Translations under genes and position numbers: made by a program
NCBI GenBank assembly: GCA_951406725.2
Contig: OX597820.1
Span: 72,850,001-72,914,000 of the forward strand
Length of the DNA: 64,000 nucleotides
Source: Octopus vulgaris
Lineage: Eukaryota
Direction of reading: 5' to 3'
Notes under the pieces: model-generated
What the model saw: only the letters and a program-made list of their open reading frames with translations
Database searches by the model: none
What the model was told of the DNA's origin: nothing
In this document: positions 14,133-26,200 of the stretch, piece by piece
How the letters are laid out: the number at the start of each line of letters is the position of its first letter
Numbering within the stretch: position 1 is the first letter of the stretch

Positions 14133-14475
14133 GTCCTGAGAGAAAAAAAAGCCTTACAGTCTGGGACTAAGAACAGTGGAGAAAAACTAATCGATGGCCT
14201 ATACTCCATAGTAAGTGAAGGGCTTAAAAGAAAGAATAAAATAACAGCAGGGTTACTGAGGACGACCTGGTGTGACTTCGTCCAATTGATAACCGAGCTG
14301 GGATTATCTTGTCAAAATTCGTAGAACATTATATCAAGGATTATTTTGTCGTTGTATTCATCAATGGTGGATTGCAATGAGGACCAGTAGCGTAGTTGGG
14401 GGTGTGGGAAGAAGAGGGCAATTTCTCCGCCAGGCGACGCTCTTATAGAAGCGTTGAGTATGTCAGAATTTGTAG

Positions 14476-14857
14476 TGGCTGTGTGGTTAGAAATTTGCTT
14501 CCCAACCACATAGTTCCAGGTTCACACCCACTGATTTGTATCCTGGGCAAGTATCTTCTACTATAGCCACGGGTCGACCTAAGTCTTGTGAGTAGATTTC
14601 GTAGACAGAAACTGAAAGAAGTCTGTGTGTGTGTGTGTGTGTATGTGTATTACTTGTTTCAGGCAATTGACTGCGGCCATGCTGGAGCATCGCCTCTAGT
14701 CGAACAAATCGAACCCCAAGACTTATTATTTGTAAGCCTAGTACTTATGTTATCCGTCTGTTTTGCCGAACTGCTAAGTTACGGAGATGTAAACACGCTA
14801 ACATCGGTTGTCAAGTGATGGTGGCGGTGAGGGGACAAACACAGACACACAAATACA

Positions 14858-14896
<39 letters not shown>

Positions 14897-15280
14897 GATG
14901 GGCCTCTTTCAGTTTCCGTCTACCAAATCCACTCACGAGGCTTTGGTCGGCCTGAGGCTATAGTAGAAGACACTTGCCCAAGGTGCCACGCGGTGGGACT
15001 GAACTCGAAACCATGTGGTTGGGAAGCATACTTCTTACCACACAGCCATACCCTAGTGCCTGTTTGACCCCTACCACCGCTTGACAACAGATGTTGGTTT
15101 GTTTACGTCCCCGTAACTTATCGCTTCAGCAAAATAGAATGATGAATAAATACCTGGTTTTTCAAAAAAATGTAAAACTGCTGGAGGGTTGCGGTTTGAT
15201 ACGTTCGGCTAAAATCTCTTTAAGGCGGTGGTGCCCCAGCATGGCTGCAGTCAAATGACTGAAACGTGTAAAAGAAAAAT
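14476..15280 (+). mobile_element. SINE family 1 copy split by an opposite-strand SINE family 1 copy
   Basis: Plus-strand head 14476-14625 and 3' half about 15058-15280 flank a minus-strand copy. Confidence 0.75.
14650..15050 (-). mobile_element. SINE family 1, nested full copy
   Basis: acttgtttcag...gactgcggccatgctggagc...(TA)n...cacttgcccaaggtgccacgcggtgggactgaac...ttaccacacagcca. Confidence 0.85.
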
Positions 15281-15548
15281 GACAAAAGAGTTTAAGGCTT
15301 AGTGGGGACGGGATATTGGTAAAACCTTGAGGTGCCGCAATGGCAAGATGACTATAAGAACGACCTGGTTTGGGTTGATATGGCTATTTTTAAAACGAGA
15401 AGGTAGAATGTGAGGGCGGATATAGCGTCATTGTAGCGTGTCGTGCGATCGTATGGAAGCTGTTTTCATTAGCTTAACTGGCGAACGTCTGCATCGAACA
15501 TAAACCACAAAACAAACAAACATAAAACTCTATGTAGGGTAAATAGAA

Positions 15549-16051
<503 letters not shown>

Positions 16052-16470
16052 GGTACACCAGAGTACGTGTCCCATTAACAACTTCGAATAACATACCCAC
16101 AGTCCTTCTGAACTAAACAAACACACTTATCCAGATACTGCTGCTCGTAATCTGACACACAAATACGCACGCACACGCACACACACACACAAAGCAAATA
16201 GGAATCACAGAACACGAGACCAGAAGGAATTACAGCACTCAACAACACCAAAATTTCGTTTGACGAGGTCCTCAACATGCTAAAATTTGCAGCTATATCT
16301 CCCTCAAATCATACGCTGCAGTCTTAAACATAAAAAGGACATATTGGTCAACATCGTTTGTTGCTTGAAAATAAGATGAGATGTGTTGCTATAATGCCGG
16401 GAGGGTCATTATGCCAATAATAAATGCAGACGCACTGGTTCTGTTTCACTTCTTTATTTTTTATTTGTCT

Positions 16471-16504
16471 GGCTTAGGAGTGGCTGTGTGGTAAGTAGCT
16501 TGCT
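16471..16504 (+). mobile_element. SINE family 1 5' stub (A box) up to the insertion site
   Basis: ggcttaggagtggctgtgtggtaagtagcttgct matches the heads at 53172 (+) and 63444 (-); the SINE resumes at 26921. Confidence 0.92.
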
Positions 16505-17986
16505 AACGCGCATGCGTCGAGTTGTTTACTGTGTCAAGTTTTGACTAGGCGGACAGAATCCTTTGAGCTGCTCGCCAGCGGTTTGTTGGCGAGTGGAAAA
16601 TAATGTATTCGGACCTTAGCGAGTACGAGCTGTCCACATCTGAGGAGGAGCTCGTTAAGGCGGTGAACAGGATGGACCAACATTTGGAGAAAATGAAGAG
16701 TTTTGCTGACGCGGCGGGAGTGAAGAGAAAGGAAGTGGACCTGACTGAACTGAAGGAGCTGTATAAGATGACACAGAAGGTGGGAAGTGACGTAAAGTTA
16801 CTACCCCCGAAAACGGTCATGGTGAATATGGAAAGGAAAACCATCACCTACAAGGTGCACTCAGTGGAGAGTAGGAGAGTGGAGCAGATGAATATGGAAA
16901 AAATAGAAAAAGCTCTCAAGGGGCTTTCGAACGAAGTAACATACATAGCAAACGGAAGCGGATATGGGACGGTGGTTGTCCAGTTTAAAACAGAGGAGGA
17001 GGCGAGGAGGCTGGCAAGTGCAACCGTAAAAGCTGAGGAACTGGTGCTTCTACCCTCTTATCTTGGAAGAAAAAATTCTAAGGTGAGGGTAGAAGGAATT
17101 CCACCTGACATAAAGGTGGCTTGGGTTGCGGCAGCCGTCCTCGTTGGAAGTGAGGAGGTGACTGTCCTCCAAGCCACAGAGACAGAGGAAAGAAGTTACA
17201 AAGGAAAACTACTGGAAATGACCATACAAGCGGAGGCGAAGGAGCTGGAAAATTTGGCGGAAACGTTGTCAGTGGGAGAAATAGTACTGAGAGTATGGGT
17301 AGAAGGCAGAACCCCGCGGTGCTTTAAATGTGGCCAAAAAGGCCACATTAGAGCACACTGCCCCCTACAGAAGAAAAAGAGGAAAAAATAGATGAACCAG
17401 TTGCGGAGACAAAGAAGAAAAAAGAGGACGAAGACAAAGACGGACGAAAGGAGGTAGAATGGATAGTAGCAGAGAGCTGAAGTAAGAAGAGGAAGAAAAG
17501 AAAGAACACTGAGTGTGAAATTGTACCCCAGTCCAACTCCATCCCACCCAAGACCACTCAGACCCACCCGCCCCATAAAGACACCAGACCCACCCACTCC
17601 CTTTCCCCACAAGAAAAAAAAGAAAAAGAAAAACGAGCAGACACCACAGAATTCAGAAAACCCCTCCCCCGGTGAAAAAGGTTGCGAAAGAAAGTTGTCT
17701 TTAAGCGATAGCGAGAATGGAAAAAGGAGGACTAGACCAGAGATTAGAGAAGAATTCAGACTCAAAGGCAGCGAGTGGTGTTGCTCAGAGTGGGGTGAGT
17801 AGCACACTCGTCATATTTCATACTTTATTTTCAGATATCATGCATGTTATCATAAACTTAATTTATTTTCTCACGTTCATTTTCATGTCACTCACAGTAT
17901 CATTTTATTTTTAATTGTTATATGTCTCCACATGTTTTTGTAGTGTCCCCTCTATGTAATGCCTTTATGGCAAAATAGTTGAAATA
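16505..17986 (+). mobile_element. ORF1-only Tx1-related non-autonomous retroelement, lineage A, copy 1 (~1.5 kb)
   Basis: Bounded by AAGTAGCTTGCT at 16493-16504 and 17987-17998; one ORF1, no EN/RT; 3' hairpin plus AATAAA. Confidence 0.88.
16603..17391 (+). CDS. L1/Tx1-type ORF1 protein (RRM-like region plus CCHC zinc knuckle); probably continues to ~17802 across frameshifts
   Basis: CFKCGQKGHIRAHC = CX2CX4HX4C; GYGTVVVQF, LLPSYLGR and VEGRTP align with ORF1 of the autonomous element at 21872. Confidence 0.85.
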   Translation: MYSDLSEYELSTSEEELVKAVNRMDQHLEKMKSFADAAGVKRKEVDLTELKELYKMTQKVGSDVKLLPPKTVMVNMERKTITYKVHSVESRRVEQMNMEKIEKALKGLSNEVTYIANGSGYGTVVVQFKTEEEARRLASATVKAEELVLLPSYLGRKNSKVRVEGIPPDIKVAWVAAAVLVGSEEVTVLQATETEERSYKGKLLEMTIQAEAKELENLAETLSVGEIVLRVWVEGRTPRCFKCGQKGHIRAHCPLQKKKRKK

Positions 17987-17998
17987 AAGTAGCTTGCT

Positions 17999-19955
17999 AA
18001 CTGCGCATGTGCGAGTCAGTGCTGTGTTTGCTACTGAAGCAGTGAAGATGTGCTTTTGAAGCCGTCTTGAATTGAAACTTTGGAAGCCCCATGTAAGGTA
18101 AGATTCTGTTTTCTGGGTCCAGTGGGAGTTTTTGTTGAGAATTATTTTTTACATGCAGGAAGTCCTACTGGATTCAGAATTCTGATTCTGCCGACATGTG
18201 GCAGATATATTTTTCTCGCTGAGAAAATTTTTGGGGGCGTATCCGTCTTCGAATTGTGAAAATTGTATTGTGCTGTGAAGAACTACCAATTTTACACCAA
18301 TTTATGTGGAAGTTGTGCGATCCTGGTTCGATTTAGGCCGGGAGTACCAAATGGCCAAAAGGATTTTGCTGTGTTTTTGACTTTCTTTTTAACTTTATTT
18401 GACTTTCTTTTCAACTTTATTTGACTCTCTCCGTTTTTTCATTGTGACATTCTTCGGATTTCCTTTTCTTCTCGTTTTTTAGTTTTATTCTAAATACATT
18501 TATTTAAAAAAAAACAAAAAAAACATGGCAACAAAAGAAACCACCGCTTTAGAATGGGAGGTCGTCCCACCCAAGCAGTGGATTGAAAGTCTTGAGAAGA
18601 GGACGGTGGTCCTACGAACCTATTCTAGGTCGCGTGGAGCCATTGCCCTCTTCGACAGGAATACTATAGAGAAAGAGTTGGGGGAATACCTGCCAACTAT
18701 AAAATTTATTTCTCGGGGGACTAAATTTGCAACGGTCTGGTTGCTGTTTGGTACCCCCGAGGAAGCTAGCAGATTTGCTAGCGAGCCACTGGAGGGAGAG
18801 GAAATTTTGTTCCTCCCCTCGTATTGTGGAAGAAAAGTGAAAAGAGCCTGGGTGTGTGGGCTGCCCCCGGGCACGGAGGCGGAATGGATCGAGAAGACCA
18901 TCCGGCGAGGCCTGGGGGATAGCGGACCCAGACTGCTGAGTGTGAAGGTGGCTCCCGCGGTCGCCTGGCAGGGGTCGAGGGCAACTTTGACCCTCTGGAC
19001 ACCGGTAGCCGTGGGGGAAATGAAATTCCCGGACTTCCTGAGAATGGCTGGGCACAGGTACCCGGTGATACTCGAGGGTCGCCCCCCCAAGTGTCACCTG
19101 TGCCTGAAGCCCGGACATATCAGGAAGAATTGTCCCAGGGGCCGTGGTGGTGCCCCGGAGCAGAGAGGGGAAAAGGCGCCCGCCGCCCCCTCATTGGAGG
19201 GGAGACGATGGAAGTCGTGGAGGAGGTTGCCTCCACGAAAAGAAGAGAAAGGCGAGCAACAATGGTTGCCCGCCAAAGAACGCTCAGGGGGCGAAGGGGG
19301 ATAGCAATCCCCCGTGTCTGGTGACGGAGTCCCCTGGGTCAGCAGTCTCCCCCAAAAGAAGGAGGAGAAAAAGGAGAGGTCGGACGGAGCCGCGGGTGGG
19401 ATGTGTGCCACCCGCGGACAAGGCTCCGCCGGTAGGAAGTGTGCCACCGACGGAGCAGTGTGAGGTCCCTCCCTGTGAAGAGGAGATGCTTCTCCTCCTT
19501 TACCACAAGGGAGAGGAGGTTGAAAGATTCTTGAATGGCTTGGGTGACCGAGAGCGTAAGGACACGGTCGGCTCAAGGAGTCCGTTATGGCCTCCGCAGG
19601 TAGCTGCGGAAAAAGTAACAGAAGATACTTTTTCAAGGGTCGCAGAGACCTTTGAAAAGAAAGACTTTACCTTTCTCCTTGCAGGCCCCGACTTGTCGTC
19701 GCAGAGTTGTCTGCAGGCGGCAAGACAATTTGCTTCGGGGACCTGACGAGAAGAATTGTTGAACATTTTTATGTAATTTGAATCATTGTTTATTAAATGT
19801 ATTTATTGAAACATTGTTTTAGAGAAGCGAAAGTCGGCGGGCGCTTTCGACTTCTCCCATCACCATCTTCATCCACCACCATCATCCATTAATGTCCTTG
19901 TCCAGCCCGTAGCTACTACTCTGTGTGCTGCCCTAGTGGCAAATTATATAAAATA
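17999..19955 (+). mobile_element. ORF1-only Tx1-related non-autonomous retroelement, lineage B (~2.0 kb)
   Basis: Between target motifs 17987-17998 and 19956-19968; one ORF1, no EN/RT; 3' tgcc-ctagt-ggca plus AATAAA. Confidence 0.86.
18525..19746 (+). CDS. Lineage B ORF1 protein (zinc knuckle), frameshifted in the low-complexity linker
   Basis: EKRTVV, FATVWLLF, FLPSYCGR, LEGRPPKCHLCLKPGHIRKNC in ORF 18525-19304; an overlapping frame runs to the stop at 19746. Confidence 0.78.
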
Positions 19956-19968
19956 AAGTAGCTTTGCT

Positions 19969-21465
19969 AACGCGCATGCGTCGAGTTGTTTACTGTGTCA
20001 AGTTTTGACTAGGCGGACAGAATCCTTTGAGCTGCTCGCCAGCGGTTTGTTGGCGAGTGGAAAATAATGTATTCGGACCTTAGCGAGTACGAGCTGTCCA
20101 CATCTGAGGAGGAGCTCGTTAAGGCGGTGAACAGGATGGACCAACATTTGGAGAAAATGAAGAGTTTTGCTGACGCGGCGGGAGTGAAGAGAAAGGAAGT
20201 GGACCTGACTGAACTGAAGGAGCTGTATAAGATGACACAGAAGGTGGGAAGTGACGTAAAGTTACTACCCCCGAAAACGGTCATGGTGAATATGGAAAGA
20301 AAAACTATCACCTACAAGGTGCACTCAGTGGAGAGTTGGAGAGTGGAGCAGATGAATATGGAAAAATAGAAAAAGCTCTCAAGGGGCTTTCGAACGAAGT
20401 AACATACATAGCAAACGGAAGCGGATATGGGACGGTGGTTGTCCAGTTTAAAACAGAGGAGGAGGCGAGAAGGCTGGCAAGTGCAACCGTAAAAGCTGAG
20501 GAACTGGTGCTTCTACCCTCTTATCTTGGAAGAAAAATTCTAAGGTGAGGGTAGAAGGAATTCCACCTGACATAAAGGTGGCTTGGGTTGCGGCAGCCGT
20601 CCTCGTTGGAAGTGAGGAGGTGACTGTCCTCCAAGCCACAGAGACAGAGGAAAGAAGTTACAAAGGAAAACTACTGGAAATGACCATACAAGCGGAGGCG
20701 AAGGAGCTGGAAAATTTGGCGGAAACGGTGTCAGTGGGAGAAATAGTACTGAGAGTATGGGTAGAAGGCAGAACCCCGCGGTGCTTTAAATGTGGCCAAA
20801 AAGGCCACATTAGAGCACACTGCCCCCTACAGAAGAAAAAGAGCACACTGCCCCCTACAGAAGAAAAAGAGGAAAAAATAGATGAACCAGTTGCGGAGAC
20901 AAAGAAGAAAAAAGAGGACGAAGACAAAGACGGACGAAAGGAGGAAGAATGGATAGTAGCAGAAGTAAGAAGAGGAAGAAAAGAAAGAACACTGAGTGTG
21001 AAATGGTACCCCAGTCCAACTCCATCCCACCCAAGACCACTCAGACCCACCCGCCCCATACAGACACCAGACCCACCCACTCCCTTTCCCCACAAGAAAA
21101 AAAGAAAAAGAAAAAAGAGCAGACACCACAGAATTCAGAAAACCCCTCCCCCGGTGAAAAAGGTTGCGAAAGAAAGTTGTCTTTAAGTGATAGCGAGAAT
21201 GGAAAAAGAAGGACTAGACCAGAGATTAGAGAAGAATTCAGACTCAAAGGCAGCGAGTGGTGTTGCTCAGAGTGGGGTGAGTAGCACACTCGTCATATTT
21301 CATACTTTATTTTCAGATATCATGCATGTTATAAACTTAATTTATTTTCTCACGTTCATTTTCATGTCACTCACAGTACCATTTTATTTTTAATTGTTAT
21401 ATGTCCCCACATGTTTTTGTAGTGTCCCCTCTATGTAATGCCTTTATGGCAAAATAGTTGAAATA
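19969..21465 (+). mobile_element. ORF1-only element, lineage A, copy 2
   Basis: Near-identical to 16505-17986 with the same 5' and 3' ends; flanked by aagtagctttgct and aagtagttttgct. Confidence 0.9.
20067..21284 (+). pseudogene. Lineage A ORF1 copy 2, split by single-base homopolymer deletions
   Basis: Track ORFs 20067-20369, 20336-20548, 20545-21186 and 20949-21284 join into the same protein; the first two breaks are A6-to-A5 changes relative to copy 1. Confidence 0.8.
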
Positions 21466-21871
21466 AAGTAGTTTTGCTAACCTCACTGACAGAAGAGTGA
21501 CTTTGCTTACCGTACTACGGTTTGGACGCGTTTTCTTCCCGGTAAGAGTTTTGCTGTGTTGTTAATTGTTGAATTCCTACTACTGAAAATTTGCCTTTAA
21601 ACGTTGCTGAACTGTCTTGTTCTCCGGTTTTACCGGGAAATAATTGAATAATTTCTTACCGTTGAACTGTTAGCCATTGTGGCTTTTTATTTACGTGACT
21701 ATATATAGTCCTGCCAGACTATTTTCGTGCCCCTCCCCCGAATGGGGGTGGGAATTGGAATTTTTGAACTGCTTTTTTGAACTACTTTGGAAGAAAAACT
21801 TTCTATAGGTTTCCCAGTTTTGTGGGAAACCAATATTCGTAATTTTTGTGTTGTCTAATTTCAACAGAATA

Positions 21872-23273
21872 ATGTCTGTTGAAATTATTCACGAAAGTAG
21901 TGCTCTTGAGGAGAGCAATGTTAAAAAATTTTCTGAGGTAGCCGCAGTGGCTACCGAGAACATCGATATCGATGTCAATCAGCTCGTCGAGCTATTTAAA
22001 AGAATGCAAGAGGAGGGTGGTGATGTTAAAATATCACCCTCCGCCAGTATCGTGGAGACCGAGAAGCGGACCGTAGTGTTTAAAACTTTCTGTCCACAAA
22101 GCAGAAGGTTCAAACACTTTGAAAAAAGCACCATCGAGAAATGCCTGTCCCCAATTTGGAAGGACATCGTGTACGTCGCCAGGGGACGGGCATATGGCAC
22201 TGTGGATGTCCGCTTCTCGGGGGAAGAAATGGCCCGCGGGCATTCTGTAAACCCCCTAAAAACCAAGGAGGTGGTACTTTTTCCAAGCTATAGGGGACGC
22301 AGGACGTCCCGGGTCAGGATTGTAGAAGCCCCGCCGGAAGTAGATCCGGTAGAGGTAGTGGCCGCCCTATTATATAAATGGGCGGACAAAATAAAAATAC
22401 TAGAAGTAACATGCTCTACCCCTCGATTTTGGCTCGGGCGTAACATTAATATATTAATTCAAGGAACAGCGGAGGACCTACAGCTCCTTCCTGAGAGGGT
22501 GCTCGTGGGCGAGAACGTAGCCCTCAGGGTACAGGTCGAAGGCCGAAAACCCACCTGTTACGCCTGCGGCAAAAAGGGCCACATTCGTGTAGACTGTCCA
22601 GACAAGCAAAAGAAACCGCAGACACCAGGCCCCTCAGATAATAAAAAAGTCCCTACCCTTGCAAACACACCTACCCCTACAAAAACAAAAAATCCCACTC
22701 CTGCTGTTACGGTGCCAACCCCAAAACAGACTGAAGAAAAAACCCAGCCCTCGCACTCACAAACCCCTACACTATTAAAACCTCCCACCCCCTAAAAACT
22801 GCGGCGCCTACCGAACAAACTATTGCTACCCCAGACGATACCATGGAGGTATCAGAGGGGGATTTACACCAGTTCGTAAAAGAATTCGTGCAGCATCCCC
22901 GTCCACATCCCCTACAAAAAATAATAAAAACAAAGACACACCACAGACACGGAAAAAAAAATCCCGCTCAACTGGCCCAGAAAAAGAAGACAAAAAAGAA
23001 AATGAACTCATATTAATTGAATTCGACACACAAGACAAATACATAAACGATATTGTGGTTCAGCATCAGTCAGCAAGACTGTACAACAAATACAAAGATC
23101 GAAATAGACACGCGTGGATTGCGGAAACAACGTTCAAACAATTAAAAGACAGACACCCAAACGCCATCCGGCATGTCGCGAACTTGCCGGACTATCTGAA
23201 GAAAGAGGAGAAAGAAGGGGCCCACAAACGTGTGGTGAGGTCGGCCCCCACCTCTCCAACGAAATGTAAGTAG
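21872..23273 (+). CDS. Tx1-like ORF1 (RRM-like, CCHC knuckle, Pro/Thr/Lys-rich tail), two apparent -1 homopolymer frameshifts
   Basis: CYACGKKGHIRVDC; adding one C (~22790) and one G (~22860) extends the frame to the stop at 23273, just before the ORF2 ATG. Confidence 0.8.
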
Positions 23274-23290
23274 AACTTTTACTTTTTGTA

Positions 23291-26200
23291 ATGGCTTCGA
23301 TTAACCTTGGTTGTTTAAATGTGCGTGGTCTGAGTTCGAAGTGGAAGCAGGCTTGTTTCCTCGACGACCTCAGATCACATGATATACATGTGATGGTTGC
23401 TACAGAGACCAAGCTGGACAGCCTACAAACCTTCTCGCCTCTCCTGAATGGCTACGAGAAAATCATGTCTCCTGGCCAGACCGGAGGGCGAGGGGGCGTA
23501 GTGGTACTGATCCGTAAAGACTTGGCTCTACAGACAAGTACAGTCTATGTAGACCCAGAAGGTGGGCTGGTCGTCCTTGATGTGACATACAGCAGTAAGT
23601 CCTTCAGGTTGATCGGACTCTATGCACCTTGTGCTAGAAGTTTCCAAACTGATTTTTATCGGCGCCTAGAGGGCTTTCTCGTGACGTCGAAGACTTTAGT
23701 GATATTAGGGGACTTTAATGCTATCGTTGACGTACACATCGATAGCGTTGGCTCGATCTATAGGAAAGTGAACTCACGTCTCGTGGATCTGCTTAAGCGG
23801 TTTCAGCTAGCAGATCGTTACAGACTTGACCATCCGAACGTCCCAGAGTGGACCTGGATGAGTGGCGACGGAAGGTTCAAGTCTTATCTAGACAGGATAG
23901 TGATAAGAACTAGAGATAAGTCTAGTTTTAGTTGTCCACAGCTCGTCCAGGTGCCCTATACTGACCATAGAATGGTCACGTGTAGACTGGACATAGATAG
24001 CACACTTAAGATAGGAACCGGCTACTGGAAGCTGAACAAGTCTATTTTGACACGCGAGCATACCGTAGCCGGATTAAGGTGTTAGTGCAGAGGGCGTTAA
24101 CCGGAGCCGTGGTTAATAACCGGTGGTGGTTCACCCTCAAAAGAGCCATTCGATTCGAGTCCATTAGATTTAGTAAACAACTAAGACTAGATAGGGCTAG
24201 AATAGAAGGGCAACTAGTTAAGAACTTAGAGGAGGCGTTGAGGTTGGGCTCTGCATCTCACATTTTAGCGGCGAGAACGGCATTAGACCGTCACCTCAAA
24301 ACCAAACATGAGGGATGTAGAGTCCGGGCTAAAGTACGAGCATTGGGCCGTGAGGGAATTAATGTTGCCGGATGGGCCCGTACGATAGGAACACAGCGTG
24401 GAAACGATGCCACAATTGGGACTCTTGTTGATGAAAACGGATGCACGATCAAGAAGCGGGACGAGATGTGTGAGGCACTTCACAAGCACTTCGCCGAGTT
24501 GTTCGGGAGGTGCGGGACGCTGGATCATGGTGAGCCCCTTAGGGACTTCCTGTCTGGTGGCCCGCGCCTCTCGACACGAGAGGCTGAGTGCTGTGAACGG
24601 CCAATCACATCCGAAGAAGTAATCGAGGTGTTGGGCAAGTGCCCCGGGGAGAAGTCGCCGGGTCTCGAGGGTCTGCCCTATGAATTTTATAGAAGTATGC
24701 CAGACTTGTTCGGACACCTGCTGGCTAGCGTCTACGCCAACTGGCAACAGAATGGGAGAATTCCCAAGTCTGCAAGCCGGGGGGCGGTGACGTTGATCAG
24801 GAAGGACCCGAACAAGGGGGACGAGATAGGGAACTTCAGGCCCATAACTCTGTTAAACACAGAGTTAAAGATTCTGGCCAAGGTGCTAGCAAAAAGGTTG
24901 GCGCGGGTCGTGGACAAACTTGTCGGGGAAGCGCAAACGTGTGCTATCCCCGGCAGAACGATCCACGACAATCTCCACCTTATACGCTACTCCTTAGAGA
25001 GGGTGGGGAAGCTTTCTGGCGCAGGGGGAGCACTGGTACATTTAGACCAGTCCAAAGCATTTGATAGGGTCGACCATCGGTACCTGGCGGCGGTCCTCGG
25101 AGAGGCTGGCCTAGGCCCGACCTTTCGAGGTTGGATCGCTGCTTTGTATAGCGACATCGAGTCTGTAGTCAAGGTGAACGGTTCCTTTTCGAAGCCGTTC
25201 AGGATCGAGCGTTCAGTTCGTCAAGGGTGTCCCCTGTCCTCGCTCCTATACGTATTGGCTCTTGAGCCTTTGCTGCGGAAGTTGGAGGCACTAGGGGGCG
25301 CGCCGCATGATCTATGGTGTGGAAGAGGAGCTACGGCGTATGCGGATGACACCTCCATCATCGTGGCAGACGAAGGCCAGCTTCCAGTGGTGGAAGAGGC
25401 CATCAAAAGCTACGAGGCGGTGGCAGGAGCAAAGGTTAACAAGGTCAAGTCGGTCGGTTTGCAACTCGGCACCTGGAGGGGCAAGCCGATGCCGTCCAAT
25501 AACGTCGTAGGGCGTTGGACGGAAGGTCCTGTTAAGCTGCTCGGAGTCTGGTTCGGGCCAGACCTCCAGATTGAGAAAAATTGGAGTGAGGTGGCCAACA
25601 AGGTGACCGCTCTAACCCAGATCTGGTCTGGGCGGGCGTTATCCCTGCTAGGGAAGGCGGAGGTGGTGCAGATGTTTATAGCATCAGTAATCACCTACCG
25701 CCTGACCGTGGTGCCTTGCCCCGATTTGTGGATGAACAAGTTGGAGAGAATCCTTTTCCGATTTTTGTGGAAAGGAGGAAAGCCACTTGTAAAGCGCTCT
25801 GTCTGCTGCCAGAAACCGCTAAAGGGTGGGCTAGGGATGCCTTGGCTGAGGATGCGAAAACTCGCGTTAAGGTTGAGGCACCTCTGGCTTTACCTGGATG
25901 GAGAGCAGGTGTGGTCGCCGCACGTCCGGTTCTACCTTCCCCAGTTAACATCCCTAACGGACATCGGTGCATGGATCAAACGGAGACCTAAACTGAGTGA
26001 ATGGCATTTGGAGTGCCGTCAGGCGCTCCAGCTACTATCTCGGGTGGGCAACGCCGGCAACAGGAGTTCCACCACGGATTTCTATAGCGGGTTAGTGGAG
26101 ATTAAGTCCGAAGACGCCTTGGGGGAGACCCTGGGCTACGATGAAAATCAGTTGGTCAACCTGTTCCGAAGGACGTTCGGGCCGGGGTATCTGGATAATT

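Noticed and set aside
16505-21465. The two lineage A copies as LTRs flanking element B, with CCHC proteins as retroviral Gag
   Set aside because: No TG...CA ends, PBS, PPT, protease or integrase; each unit has its own ORF1, 3' hairpin and target motif, and the ORF1s match that of the APE-RT LINE.
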